A DNA stretch of 63,661 nt, the filler included, from Thraustochytrium aureum (lineage: Eukaryota): assembly GCA_012862495.1 (NCBI GenBank). It is 5 parts of 2 records of this genome, joined end to end, with 100 filler letters (N's around TTAATTAATTAA, not from the genome) between each part and the next. Parts side by side here need not be neighbours in the genome. Positions count along the whole stretch, not along the records: positions 33,440 to 52,030 come from BLSG01000219.1; 4 more parts are not named here. One strand, given 5' to 3'. Numbering within the stretch: position 1 is the first letter of the stretch; each line of letters begins with the position of its first letter. The notes beneath the pieces are model-generated. The model did not search any database. It saw nothing but the letters and a program-made list of their open reading frames with translations, and was not told the origin of the DNA. Shown in pieces: positions 36,658 to 48,723 of this stretch. Position numbers and translations under genes: made by a program.

Positions 36658-39600
36658 ATGAAGCGCGCGCGGTCGCCGCGGCTGCCGCGACTGGCCAATG
36701 ACGGACTCGCGCTGCCTCCAGCGCTGGAGGCTGAGTTCGAACGCAGCCTCTGCGCGGCTGGGGACGAGGGGAGAGCGGTGCGCAAGACAACGAAACGATT
36801 GTCGCCTCGCGTGCTCGAACACAAGCGGCAGACTTTGCCGTACTTGGACTCGATTGCTTACGTTCAGGTGCAGCTGGAGCAGCGGCTCGGAAAGAAGTTG
36901 GCGGCGCCCTCGAACCAAGACTCGCCTGGACGCGACCTGCCCGCGGGGAAAAGGCTCAAGCGCCAGAGGCCAGAGTCCGGCGAACCCGCCGCGGATGAAA
37001 CGGATACAGACGGAGACGATGGCGCTGGAGACCCTTGGAGAGACAGCATCGCGCCTTACGATGAAGGCTCGAGCCCGTCTCACTCGCGCGTGAGCAAACA
37101 GCCCCGACGTCCGCCGCTCGACGAAGTTTTGTACAAGCGGTACCCCAGGTTTTGCGCAGAGCTCAACCTCCAAGACGCGCCCTTTGCGAGGGTCCAGCGG
37201 CTGAGCTGGGTTCTTGCCAATATTGAGGAAATCTTTGACGCGCGCGCCCGCGCCGAGGAGCGCCAGCTGCAGCGCCAGGCCAGCGCACCACCGGCCGAGG
37301 ACGGTGGGCTTCACCCTGGTGCCAAAACGCCCTCGGCACTTGCCATGCCGCCCTTTCCCCAGTTTGCGATGCAGCACTTCCGGCAGTCGTATGGCCTTGA
37401 AGGACTCGCAAGCCAGGGAGGCTGGGACCTCGTCGTCTCTGTGAACAAGGCTTTGAACGAGTGGCCAGATCGCAAATTAGAAGACCAGTACGGGACTACG
37501 ATTCAGGTCTTCTCCGAGTTCTTGCGCGAGTCGCTCGACGAAGACGCTCTCTCCGTATTTCTCACCTTTCGGCGCGCAGTCCAGGCGCGACTCGGGGTTC
37601 AATTCTGCGCCGAGAACAAGCCGGACACCAAGGCCTTGCAAGACCTTGGCGTCAAGGTCGTAAAGCGCACCTGCATGCTCGATGATCTGTTTCTGGACGA
37701 ATCAGCAACGGCAATAGCTGTTGAAGCAGGCCTGTTGGCGCTCGGCTTTGACGAGCGCCTCGTTTCAACATACGCAGGGTACGCCCTCAAGAGACTTGTT
37801 TGGCCCTGGGAGTTGGACCGCTATCGGAAAATCGAGCTTGCAGAGCCTGCAGCCGGCGCTGTCTCGAGCCTTCCGTCGATTGACCAAACGCGGCGCAGCA
37901 AGGGTCTCAAACAAGAGACCAATCTGCCTCCAAAAAAGCACATGTCCATCGAGGAATCGGAGCACGTTTCCGGAGCCAGCGGCCTTGCAATATCCGACGA
38001 ACCTGTGCAAGGGCGCCTTGAGCTGGCGCGCGCTCCAGGCGGCCCTGACGCACAGCGCGGCTCGCGGTGGCTTACACCTGCGCATCTTCTGCGGTCCATC
38101 CTCGCAAACTATGAACAGATTCCCGAGGATATAGTCAAGGTCATCAAGAACGGCGATGACGGCAACCGCGCGCATGTGCTTGGACAGCTCAAAGCCACCC
38201 TGGAGACTTCTAAAACACAGCAAGCGCTCGAGGTTGAGCTGGAGGCGGCCGCGTTGGAGCTCCGCTCGCGCGAAGCCTGCGTTGCGCGCCTCGCCCACAA
38301 GTGCGGCCTCAGCGAAGAGAACATGATGCGGTTTCGCACAGAGCTGTTCCTAGCCAAGAACGAGGTGTGGCGACAAACCCAGGTCGTNNNNNNNNNNNNN
38401 NNNNNNNNNNNNNNNNNNNNNNNNNNNNNNNNNNNNNNNNNNNNNNNNNNNNNNNNNNNNNNNNNNNNNNNNNNNNNNNNNNNNNNNNNNNNNNNNNNNN
38501 NNNNNNNNNNNNNNNNNNNNNNNNNNNNNNNNAGTCGAGAAGACGTGGTCCGGCATCATGGACGCAGACGGCAAAGCCGACGGGCACTTTGGAGCCGCGC
38601 TTGGGACGCAACGGCCGCGAGACCGTGCAAGCGGCATCGCGCAGGCAGTTGCATCGCTCCCCGGCACGCAAATGTTCACCAAGTGGGTGGACCGCCAGAT
38701 GAGGCAGCACGCTTCGCAGGTGGCCGCCGCCAAAAAACTGCGGTTCGCCGGCAATTGGAAGCAGCAACTTGCAAGGCGCCAGGAGGAGGCCGCCGTGCTG
38801 GTCCAGCGCGCGTTTCGAAAGCGGCGCAAGCTTCGAGAGTTGGAAGGAGAGGCGCGGGCCGAGGCAGACCGCCGCCGCCGCGAGATTCGAGCAAACCGCA
38901 AGCTGAACGAGCGCATGCGCCAGCAGCAGGAAGAAAATGCAGACAAACACAAGCAGCGCATGGCGCAAAAGGCAGCGACAGACAAACTCGAGCAAGAGCG
39001 GATCGAGCGACGCCGCGGCCGCATTGTCCAAAAGCACCGCGAGGCTGAAGCCGAGCGCCGTGCAGCGCGGCACCAGCACCTGCTCGTTGCGCGTTGCTGG
39101 AAAACCTGGACGCAGGCCGTCACGCTCAAAGCCCATCGACGCAGGGCACAGGGCAAGCAGCTGGTGCGCCGCTTCCAAAGCTGGAAGGACTTTATCCTCT
39201 TGCGGCGCATGCTGCATGCTCGCAGGGCCGCTGGTGCAACCCACATGCAGCGAATCGTGCGCGGACGATTTGGACGCCGCCGAGCCGCGAAAGCGCGGAG
39301 GGAGCGGCTCTCGCACGAGGACAAGGTTCGGCTCAACCTGAGACGAATCGTGTTTCGTGATGCAGCAAGGTGCCTGCGCTCATGGTCCTTGTACGCGGAG
39401 AAAATGCGCAAGTGCCGCGCTTTTATGCGCCAAGGCCTTGTGTCGTTCACCTTCAAGTGCTTTGGCGAGTGGTCGAAACACGTCCGCCAACAGGCCAAAG
39501 CCAGGGTCGCCGCTGCAACAAAGATTCAGTCCATGTACCGAGTTCGAGCCTGTCGCCGCGAGGTGGCCGCCTACCGCGCCAAATGGAACAGTGCATGCCG

Positions 39601-42600
39601 CATTCAAGCGTCCTGGAGAGCGTACCTCTGCCGCACGCTCGCGCAGCGCGAGCGTAGGCGCCGCGACGAGAACGAGGCCAAGGTCGCAGCCTGCCTCCGC
39701 CGCATACGATGGCGCAAGTCCTACAAGTTCTTCCTGCACTGGGCAAAGCACTCAAAGCGCATGGCGCGTGCAAAAGGCATGTTTCAGTCCCGCATGGCCG
39801 ACCGGCTTGCTGAGTCGTTCCAGCATTGGGCTCGTTGGCGCCACGAGTGGACAAGGCACAAAGTTGCGTGCGCTGTCCGCCTTCAGTCGCGTTGGCGCTC
39901 GCAGTCGACCCGGCGAGCCTTTCTCGTTGCTCTGCGCCGCCACCGCATGGCACGCCGCATCCAAGCCGCCGCGCGAGGGCGGCAGGCCCGGCGACGCGTT
40001 GAGAGCCTCTACTGGGCCAACCAGGCAGCGGTGCGGATCCAGCGGATCTGGCGCGGGCGGCGTGGCCGGCGCTTGTACATGGAGAAGCTGTCGACATTCA
40101 TTCTTGACCACGCCACGCCGAGGCACTATGAGACCGTGCGCTATGCGATCGAGACCAAGCACCTCGACCCTCGTCGCTTGGTCGACCCGGAGAGCGGCGA
40201 CACGCTCCTGCACAGGGCTTCAGAGCATGGCTCCAAGCGCATCGTCAAGCTGTGCCTCCGGCACGGGATGCAGATCAACGTGCGCAATGCCGCCAAGGAA
40301 AGCTGCCTGCACTCGCTTGCGTTGTCCACCTTTCTCGGTCAGGAGGCATTTGCCGACTACATCATGAGCAAAGGTGCCAACGTGAACGCGCGCGACAGAG
40401 AGAAAACCACCCCGCTCATGATCGCAGCGTCAAGGGGCCTTGTGGGCCTCATCGACCAGTTTTCCGGATTTGCCGCTCTTGAGGCCAAGAATGCCGAGGG
40501 AAACACCGCGCTACATGTCGCCGTTCTGGCAGAGCAACCTGCAGCAGTAGCTCGACTAATCCACGCCGGTGCCAGCGTGTACTGCTGCGACAACGACGGT
40601 GTCAATCCGCTTCACGAGCTTGCCGCGCAAGGGAGGACGCATATGATGGCCGAGTTTATGCCCAACTTTTCTGGCGAAGGTGGCTTGGACCTGCGCGACA
40701 AGGGCGGTCGAACTCCGCTTCACTACGCCGTGGCTGAGCGGCAGCTCGAGGCGGCGCGGATGCTGGTCGAATGGGGTCCACGCCGAACGCTCAAGACGAC
40801 CTTTCTCGCACCGTATTCTGGTACGCGGCACGCAACGGCGACCTTGCCATGCTCGAGTTATTGGTCGAGGCAGACTGCATCGTGCAGACGACTTGCTCAA
40901 AGACAAAGGAAACGCCGCTGCATTGTGCCTGCCGCCTCCCAACCGCCCTTGCCAACGACGAGCGTTCGCCTGCACCAGCATCATCGGCCGACGACGAAGA
41001 TTCTCGCGTTGCCGCCGACACGCGCAGCGAAACGGACGAAGGGCACGATAGAGCCCTCGAGCCCGAGGACAGGATGCGAGTGATTCAGTTCCTGCTCAAG
41101 AATGGAGCAGAAATCGACGCGCAAAACCAGGACGGCGACATGCCCGCGCATTTGGTCGCAGCGGCAGACGACGTCAAGCTCCTGAAGCTGCTTGTCTACT
41201 ACGAGTGCGAAATGAATGTGAAGAATTACGCAGGCCTGACGCCTCTGGGCGTGGCGCGCATGGCCAACGCGAAACGCGTCATCAAGTACATTGAAGAGCG
41301 CTTTGTAGAACGCGATCGCCAGACCCAGTGGGAGATTGAGGAAAAGCGAAAGGGCGAGGCGCTCGCAGCGCTGCTCGGGCAAGTTCGCTTCACGCAGTCC
41401 TTGGGGCGCAAGCCCTCGACCGCTGCCTTAGGTGGGACAGGGTCCAGCGCAGGCGCCGCAGCAGGAGCTCGATCTGCCGTTGATATGGCACTCGATTGGA
41501 GCGAGAGCGAGCGAGCTGCATGCCGTCCTGAACCAAGACCAGTGGTTCCATCTGCAAGGTACGCGGAGCATGCTCGAGATCGAGATGGGGTCGCTCACTT
41601 CCTCCTCCTGGCAGCGGTACCGCATTATCGGCCGCCCTGTGGACGAGTCCCAGCTCTCCGACCCCTCGGTCGACTTTTTCTCGGTACAGCGCGAGGACGA
41701 TGAAATCTCTGGCAAGCCGTTCTGGTTCAACCCGGACCACCTCGTGTTCCAGTGGGTAACTCCCAAGGAAGTGTACGACTTGCCCGAGGCCACAGACAAC
41801 TGGGTCCAACAGTGGGACGACGTCCGGCAGTGCATGACCTTCTACAACGAGCAGACCGGGGAGCGGAGGATACCAGACTCGACGGGGCGCCCGCCCGCAG
41901 CACAAGGCGGCAAGGTGCTGGAAAAGCGAGTGGTCAAGAGGTTTCGTCTGGACGCGACTGGCGCGACGACGGGCAAGCCCTTGCTCGAGGCGGACGACAT
42001 CGACGAGCTTGACAGCGACGTGGCAGAGCTGGAGGGCATCAATCTCGGCGACTACCAAAAGTTCTGGGAGGAGGAAAACAAAGAGTTGCGAGAAAAGCTG
42101 CAGCGCGAAGCCGCCGCTATAGTCATTCAGAGCGAGTTTCGTCGCTATATGGGCGCCCTGCGGGCCTGGCGACAGCGCGTTCTTCGGGACATGGCGATCC
42201 GGCTGCAGAGTCGATGGCGCGCATTCGACGCGCGCCGACGCGCCGAGCGCCGTCGGGTGGAGTTTGCTGCTGCGATCACCATCCAGAGCGCGTATCGCTC
42301 TTATGCGATGCGGCAGTGGTTCGCTGCAGAGAAGGCAAGGCTTGAACACGAACAGCGACGCCTCGAGTCAACGTGCACGGTTGAGCGCGTCTGGCGAGGC
42401 TACCTCGGGCGTAGAGCCGCTCGGCGACTCTACTGTCGCGTCGTGGACCCATGCGCCGATATCCTTTGAGGACTGGCAGCATGTTGTCGCGCTGTCATCG
42501 ACGTCCCACCTTCGCGAATGGGGCTTGTTTGACGAGTTCATGGTGCGTTGGCCAGACGTCAAGTGCTACCGTAACCGGCTCACCAAGGCTGCCACGTGGA

Positions 42601-45600
42601 CCAAGCCAGAGCAGCTCGAAGCGGAGGACAAAGCCGGGTTTGAAGACTTGCTCTCGCTCGTGCTGCAGGGCTTTACGCGGAGCGAAGAGCGGGCAGCCAC
42701 GCGGCTGCAGACAGTGTACCGCGGCAATCAAATCCGCAAGCAGTTTCGACTCATGGTTCGCGGAGTCCGCATCATGCGTGGTGCAACAGACGCCTACCTG
42801 GAGCACCCGTTCCGCCTGGAGACCAGTGGGGTGGACAAGCAGGGCATCGTCAACCTGTGCAACTACATGCTGCGCCTCTTCGTCGTAGACCACGACGTGG
42901 ACAGGGCGCGGCCGCTGTTCTCCCGCTCGATGGAGTATATGCTGTNNNNNNNNNNNNNNNNNNNNNNNNNNNNNNNNNNNNNNNNNNNNNNNNNNNNNNN
43001 NNNNNNNNNNNNNNNNNNNNNNNNNNNNNNNNNNNNNNNNNNNNNNNNNNNNNNNNNNNNNNNNNNNNNNNNNNNNNNNNNNNNNNNNNNNNNNNNNNNN
43101 NNNNNNNNNNNNNNNNNNNNNNNNNNNNNNNNNNNNNNNNNNNNNNNNNNNNNNNNNNNNNNNNNNNNNNNNNNNNNNNNNNNNNNNNNNNNNNNNNNNN
43201 NNNNNNNNNNNNNNNNNNNNNNNNNNNNNNNNNNNNNNNNNNNNNNNACTACGTGTACCGAGCCCACGCTGTAGACCCGGGGATGCAAGCGTTTCGGCTG
43301 GCGGAGGCCGGCTTTTTCCGCCAGGCCACGCTCGAGCAGCCGAACAACGCGAGGGCGATGCTGAACTATGCGATATGCCTGCAGTTTTTTGGAACTTCGC
43401 TGACGCGTCGAGTGCACATCGCCCCGGACTACGAATTGGCCGAGAAGTACTACCTTCGCGCGCTGGTTCTCGCGCCGCAAGACCGCGTCATTCTGGAGAA
43501 CTTTGACTTTATGCTTGCGCACCTCAAGGGCGCACCTTATGACGGCTTCTCGGCCTTTCGCCAGCACCAGGAAGAGCAAGAAGCGGCAGCGCGCGCGCCG
43601 GAGGACGCGGCAGCCCGCGAAATGGCAGCGCAATCGTTGCAGCGGTGCGTGCGGGGCTATCTTGGGCGCGTTCGCGTCTGGCGCGCCGTCAATGCGGAGT
43701 GGGAGGTCTGGAAGGACGAAACAACGGGCAACGCGTTCTACCACAGCAAGACGACGGGCGAGTCTGTGTGGACTGCGCCATTCGGCCTCGAACTTGTGAA
43801 GAACCGCCCGCTTCACATGCCGCACACTCTGCAGTCTGAGGCAGCGCGCCCCACGGCATGGTACATTTGCCTCGACGAGGCCGGCACAGAGTTCTACTTC
43901 AACAACGACACGGGGGAGAGCGCTTGGGACCTCCCCGAGGGGTTTACGACCATTGCGCGCTCCGAGGAGTGGGAGAGGCTCGAGACCGAAGACGGTCTGT
44001 CGTACTTTGCCAACCTGGAGACCGGCGAGACGACCTGGGACAACAAGGTCGTGGTGGATTCCCTTGCTCTGCTCGCGCCAAGGGCAAGCGCGGACCTCGC
44101 GCAGCTCTCGTCGGATTCAGAAGCTGCCCCGACTTGGGAAATGCTCGAGGACGAGGAGGGCAACGTGTACTGGCACAACGCCGCGACGGGCGAGACGAGC
44201 TGGGACGCCCCAGAAGAAGTCAGCGTTACAGTCGGGAGCTTTGTGTATGGCCGGTACCAGGGCGGCGAGTTCTGGTATCCAGGCCGCGTGCATGCAGTCG
44301 ATCCTGCCAACGGAGCACTCTACGTAAAGTACGATGATGGCGACGAGGAAGACGGAGTTGACCCAAGCTTGGTCACTCTGCGGGATGCACAGAGTCTGCG
44401 CGAGGGCCTGCCTTGCCACATTGACATGGGCCATGGCGTCCGTCTCTCGGCAGTGGTCCTCGAAAAGCAGGGCCCGAGCGCTTTTGTCGTCCTCTTCGAC
44501 GACGGGCAAGAGGAGGCGGCAGTGGCACCAGAGCGGATTTGGCCTGCAATCGCCTCTATTAGCAGCCTTGCCGAGGGCGGCGCGAACGAAGCGGCCACAG
44601 CGGCGCTGGAACTGCACTGGGAGCAGCGCCGCGCAGAATGTGGGCTCCCGTTTTACCGCAACAGCTTGCTCGAGGTAGCTCAGTGGGACGCGCCTGCCAC
44701 ACTTGGCGAAGGCGCGTTCGAGCAGGCCACTGACTTTGCTCGCTTGTTTACGCACATCGACCTGAACGGAGATGGCGTGCTGTCCCGCGAGGAGCTTTTG
44801 CACGGCATGCAGGGCAACCCTCAAGCCCGAGCCGCTGTTGCTGAGATGCCTGGTCTGCGCTCCCTGCTTGACCCGCTCTACGTGCGCCGATTGGCTCTCN
44901 NNNNNNNNNNNNNNNNNNNNNNNNNNNNNNNNNNNNNNNNNNNNNNNNNNNNNNNNNNNNNNNNNNNNNNNNNNNNNNNNNNNNNNNNNNNNNNNNNNNN
45001 NNNNNNNNNNNNNNNNNNNNNNNNNNNNNNNNNNNNNNNNNNNNNNNNNNNNNNNNNNNNNNNNNNNNNNNNNNNNNNNNNNNNNNNNNNNNNNNNNNNN
45101 NNNNNNNNNNNNNNNNNNNNNNNNNNNNNNNNNNNNNNNNNNNNNNNNNNNNNNNNNNNNNNNNNNNNNNAGCGGCGCGATCTCGGTAGAGCGCTTTGCG
45201 CGGGAGTGCACGCGCGTGTGCCGCGAGGCGCAGCTAGAGGCGGACCTGCGCTGCGTCTTTGAAATGCTGGACAGGGACTTCTCGGGCACCGTGGACACAG
45301 CAGAGCTCCAGGAGGCGCTATACAGTGATCAGATTCTCGTCTTCGTGCGCGGGAGCCCGTGCCTGAGCGGACTCCTGCGGCCCACGGTGATGGGCTGGCT
45401 CCTGGACAAGCTCGGCAACGGGGCAATAGGGTGCGACGTATTTGTGCTCTACGCCAAAGACGCTCTGCTCGGCGCAACAGATCTGGCGGTCGCCCAGGGC
45501 CTCGTGCGTGAGAAGGCGTCCCTGCAACGGCTCGAGGAGGTGCTTGGAAACGCCGCGTTGGCGAAGCGATGCAAGCGCCTTCTGAGCGGCGAGAGGGACA

Positions 45601-45911
45601 AGTTTCTCACGACTTGCGTGGCGGGGCTGCGAGCTACCCGGGCACGCCAGGCCGCAGTGGCTCTCTTTAGGCTGATCGACGAGGACGCCTCGGGAACGGT
45701 CGACCGCGTCGAGCTGTTGTCTGCGCTCGAGCACGCGCCGCAACATCGATCAGGGGAGAGCGAGGTGGCCACGTTCCTTCGGCTGCATCCCGAGTTGGAG
45801 GACCTGGCAGACCCCGAGCGCTTTAGCCAAGCTTTCGAGCGGATCGCTGGGGATGGCAGAGGGTCGCTCGGGGTGGACCAGTTCCTCCGCCTTGTCTTTG
45901 GAACGGAGTAG
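36658..45911 (+). CDS. Giant (~3000 aa) multidomain scaffold: coiled coil, IQ motifs, ankyrin repeats, ~8 WW, TPR-like, 2 Tudor-like and EF-hand domains; three gaps and several frameshifts
   Basis: Consecutive + ORFs with no intervening intergenic-like sequence. IQ: IQASWRAY, IQRIWRG. ANK: GDTLLH, GNTALH, GRTPLH. WW: WEVWKDETTGNAFYHSKTTGESVWTAP and others. Tudor-like: VYGRYQGGEFWYPGRV..VKYDDGDEE. EF: DLNGDGVLSREE, DRDFSGTVDTAE, DEDASGTVDRVE. That all segments form one gene is inferred. Confidence 0.65.
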
Positions 45912-45967
45912 AGGCGCGTGAAACAAAAACAACAGAGCCTCTCGTTGCCGAGTTAGTGCGTGCGTCG

Positions 45968-47698
45968 CTACCCTAAAACGTTCGAGAGCGAGATCTTGCG
46001 CTTGAACAGGTACCAGACAGAGTCGCCTGCAAGGCGCAGGATGCCGTCGCTCTTTTCCTTGACCGCAAGCACAAAAGCGTCCACGCTCGCCTTAGTCTTC
46101 GCCAGCTCTGCGCGCGAGAGCTTGTAGTCTGAGAGCCACGTCACTGCGAAGCTGTGCTCGTCGTTGCGGCCCAGGAAGGACCGAGCTCCGTAGCCGTGCC
46201 CCATCACTATGCCGTCATTGCGCAGCCGCGAAAACCAGGGATCGACGTCCCTCAAAACCTGCGGCGCAGCTAGTGGGCTCGCGTCGTAGACTATTGCATC
46301 AAAGTACTTTTGCTCGAACTTGTCTGCCGCCTTCGAGTCGGGGCCCACGAGCTGGATAGTCGCGGAGGGAAAGCGGGCGCGGAGCGCTTCCGCCTGCGCG
46401 CGGACAGAAGCCGCGTCTTGGTTGGAGAGGCCGTCGCAGGTCTCGGTCGCCTGTTCCTTCGGGCGGCCTTCGGCGACCGCCGCGTCGATGAGGATGTACA
46501 GGCCTATCCGGGCAGCAAAGGCGTCGAAAGCAGCGGCCATGAGCTGCGGCGAGCAGGCGCCTATCTGCACGATCCGCAGCTTGTCCTTGTCCTGCTTGCG
46601 ACGCTTGTCGGGCTCCACACCCTTCAGGAGGGCGAGGAAAACTTCCGACTGCGACGCGGAGCGACACTCCCCGGCGTCAAGAGCGCAGGGCCAGACCCAA
46701 CGTTCCTGGCCATGGGACTCGAGGTTTTCAAGAACAGATACGTGCACGTTGGAAGTGTCAAGGACGCTGGCGAAAATCACGGCCTCGGTGTCGTTTACGG
46801 CGGCTGCCCTTGCCTCCGAGACTGCCGACTTGAGGCCATTCTCGAGGTCCTCCTTTGCAGAGCGCGCGACTTGGTCTAGCTTGCCCTTGATCTTGTCGAT
46901 GCGGTCGTGCAGCTTCTTGAAGGCCTGCGTCGTTGCCTCGGCGAGCGTGTCCTCGGTTGGCGGAGCCTCGGGGGTTTTGACTGCGTCGGCCTCGTGCCGA
47001 GTTGCCTCTGGGGAGGGCTCGGCGCCCTTGAGAGCCTGCTTGAGGTCCTCGCGGTCCTTGGACAGGAGCTTGGTCTTCAGCTCCAGGTTCTCCCTTGCTA
47101 GTGCAAGGTCGTTGCTCCCGGCAAACTTGTCGATGGCAAGCACACAGAGCAGAAACACGAGAAGCGCGCGGAGCGCTGTTTTCGAGCACAGGCAGGAGGC
47201 GTCAAGCACGTTGCGCGCCGACGACCGCAACGGGTTCTTGTTCAGGTACTTGTCTTCCGGCGATTTGTCAATGGCTGGGCGCCGGTTCAGGAGCTCTTCG
47301 CTTTCGGCCTGCGCCAAGGCCGGCTCGAACGCCTTGCGATAGAGGGCGCGTCGACCAGTCGGGCCGCCTTGGCTTGAAGACACGCCGTCCTCCGTCACAG
47401 AGCGCTTCCGGGGCGGGGTCTGCGCTGCCGAGATGCTTGGCATCCCTTGTGCGCTCTCAAGGTCAGGCCCGAGAAAGCTCGCGTCGCGTGGTTCGCTAGC
47501 CTCTCCAATGTAGTGCCTAGAGGGGGCGCCGCTGGGCTGCCAGAGAGCGACAGCGGACGGGGCTAGGGCCTCTGGCGCTCCGTCGACCGAAGCGCTCGTT
47601 TGCCACCTATTTTCCCTGAGCAGCTCTTGGTCGTCGTCGTCGTTCCTTCCAAGCAGCTCCTCGTCAAAAACCTCCGATGTTTTCCGTTTCAGCCCCTG
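45968..47698 (-). CDS. Type II membrane protein with coiled coil and C-terminal class I SAM-methyltransferase-like domain; frame open upstream of ATG 47443 into the gap
   Basis: TM segment ALLVFLLCVLAI and motifs IVQIGA, FDAIVYDA and WFSRLRNDGIVMGHGY. The same frame reads QGLKRKTSEVFDEE...SAQGMPS without a stop up to the gap at 47700. Confidence 0.55.
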   Translation of the reverse strand, partial: QGLKRKTSEVFDEELLGRNDDDDQELLRENRWQTSASVDGAPEALAPSAVALWQPSGAPSRHYIGEASEPRDASFLGPDLESAQGMPSISAAQTPPRKRSVTEDGVSSSQGGPTGRRALYRKAFEPALAQAESEELLNRRPAIDKSPEDKYLNKNPLRSSARNVLDASCLCSKTALRALLVFLLCVLAIDKFAGSNDLALARENLELKTKLLSKDREDLKQALKGAEPSPEATRHEADAVKTPEAPPTEDTLAEATTQAFKKLHDRIDKIKGKLDQVARSAKEDLENGLKSAVSEARAAAVNDTEAVIFASVLDTSNVHVSVLENLESHGQERWVWPCALDAGECRSASQSEVFLALLKGVEPDKRRKQDKDKLRIVQIGACSPQLMAAAFDAFAARIGLYILIDAAVAEGRPKEQATETCDGLSNQDAASVRAQAEALRARFPSATIQLVGPDSKAADKFEQKYFDAIVYDASPLAAPQVLRDVDPWFSRLRNDGIVMGHGYGARSFLGRNDEHSFAVTWLSDYKLSRAELAKTKASVDAFVLAVKEKSDGILRLAGDSVWYLFKRKISLSNVLG

Positions 47699-48419
47699 CT
47701 NNNNNNNNNNNNNNNNNNNNNNNNNNNNNNNNNNNNNNNNNNNNNNNNNNNNNNNNNNNNNNNNNNNNNNNNNNNNNNNNNNNNNNNNNNNNNNNNNNNN
47801 NNNNNNNNNNNNNNNNNNNNNNNNNNNNNNNNNNNNNNNNNNNNNNNNNNNNNNNNNNNNNNNNNNNNNNNNNNNNNNNNNNNNNNNNNNNNNNNNNNNN
47901 NNNNNNNNNNNNNNNNNNNNNNNNNNNNNNNNNNNNNNNNNNNNNNNNNNNNNNNNNNNNNNNNNNNNNNNNNNNNNNNNNNNNNNNNNNNNNNNNNNNN
48001 NNNNNNNNNNNNNNNNNNNNNNNNNNNNNNNNNNNNNNNNNNNNNNNNNNNNNNNNNNNNNNNNNNNNNNNNNNNNNNNNNNNNNNNNNNNNNNNNNNNN
48101 NNNNNNNNNNNNNNNNNNNNNNNNNNNNNNNNNNNNNNNNNNNNNNNNNNNNNNNNNNNNNNNNNNNNNNNNNNNNNNNNNNNNNNNNNNNNNNNNNNNN
48201 NNNNNNNNNNNNNNNNNNNNNNNNNNNNNNNNNNNNNNNNNNNNNNNNNNNNNNNNNNNNNNNNNNNNNNNNNNNNNNNNNNNNNNNNNNNNNNNNNNNN
48301 NNNNNNNNNNNNNNNNNNNNNNNNNNNNNNNNNNNNNNNNNNNNNNNNNNNNNNNNNNNNNNNNNNNNNNNNNNNNNNNNNNNNNNNNNNNNNNNNNNNN
48401 NNNNNNNNNNNNNNNNNNT

Positions 48420-48490
48420 AGTCGTTGTTGCTGTCGTCGTCGTCGTCGTCGTTGTTGTTGTTCTCGTCGCCGTTGTCGTTGTTGTTGGTT
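48420..48490. repeat. (GTT/GTC)n trinucleotide tract next to a gap
   Basis: Seen directly; it probably caused the adjacent assembly gap. Confidence 0.8.
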
Positions 48491-48723
48491 TGCTCGCTTT
48501 GTGTGTCGGTGATGTGATCATGGCGCGCATGAGATCATTGAGGGTGTTGATGCTGCTCGAGGCGGATGCGGGCGAAGAGCGGGCCTGATGGTGGGGCCGC
48601 GCGAGGCACGCACCTGGGTCGGTCGCGGAATGCACAACGACGCACGAGAACGAACGTGCGAGCTTTAAAACGGTTCAGCTAGCTACTACTAGTACTGGTG
48701 AAGGCGAGGCTGGGCGCGCTGCC

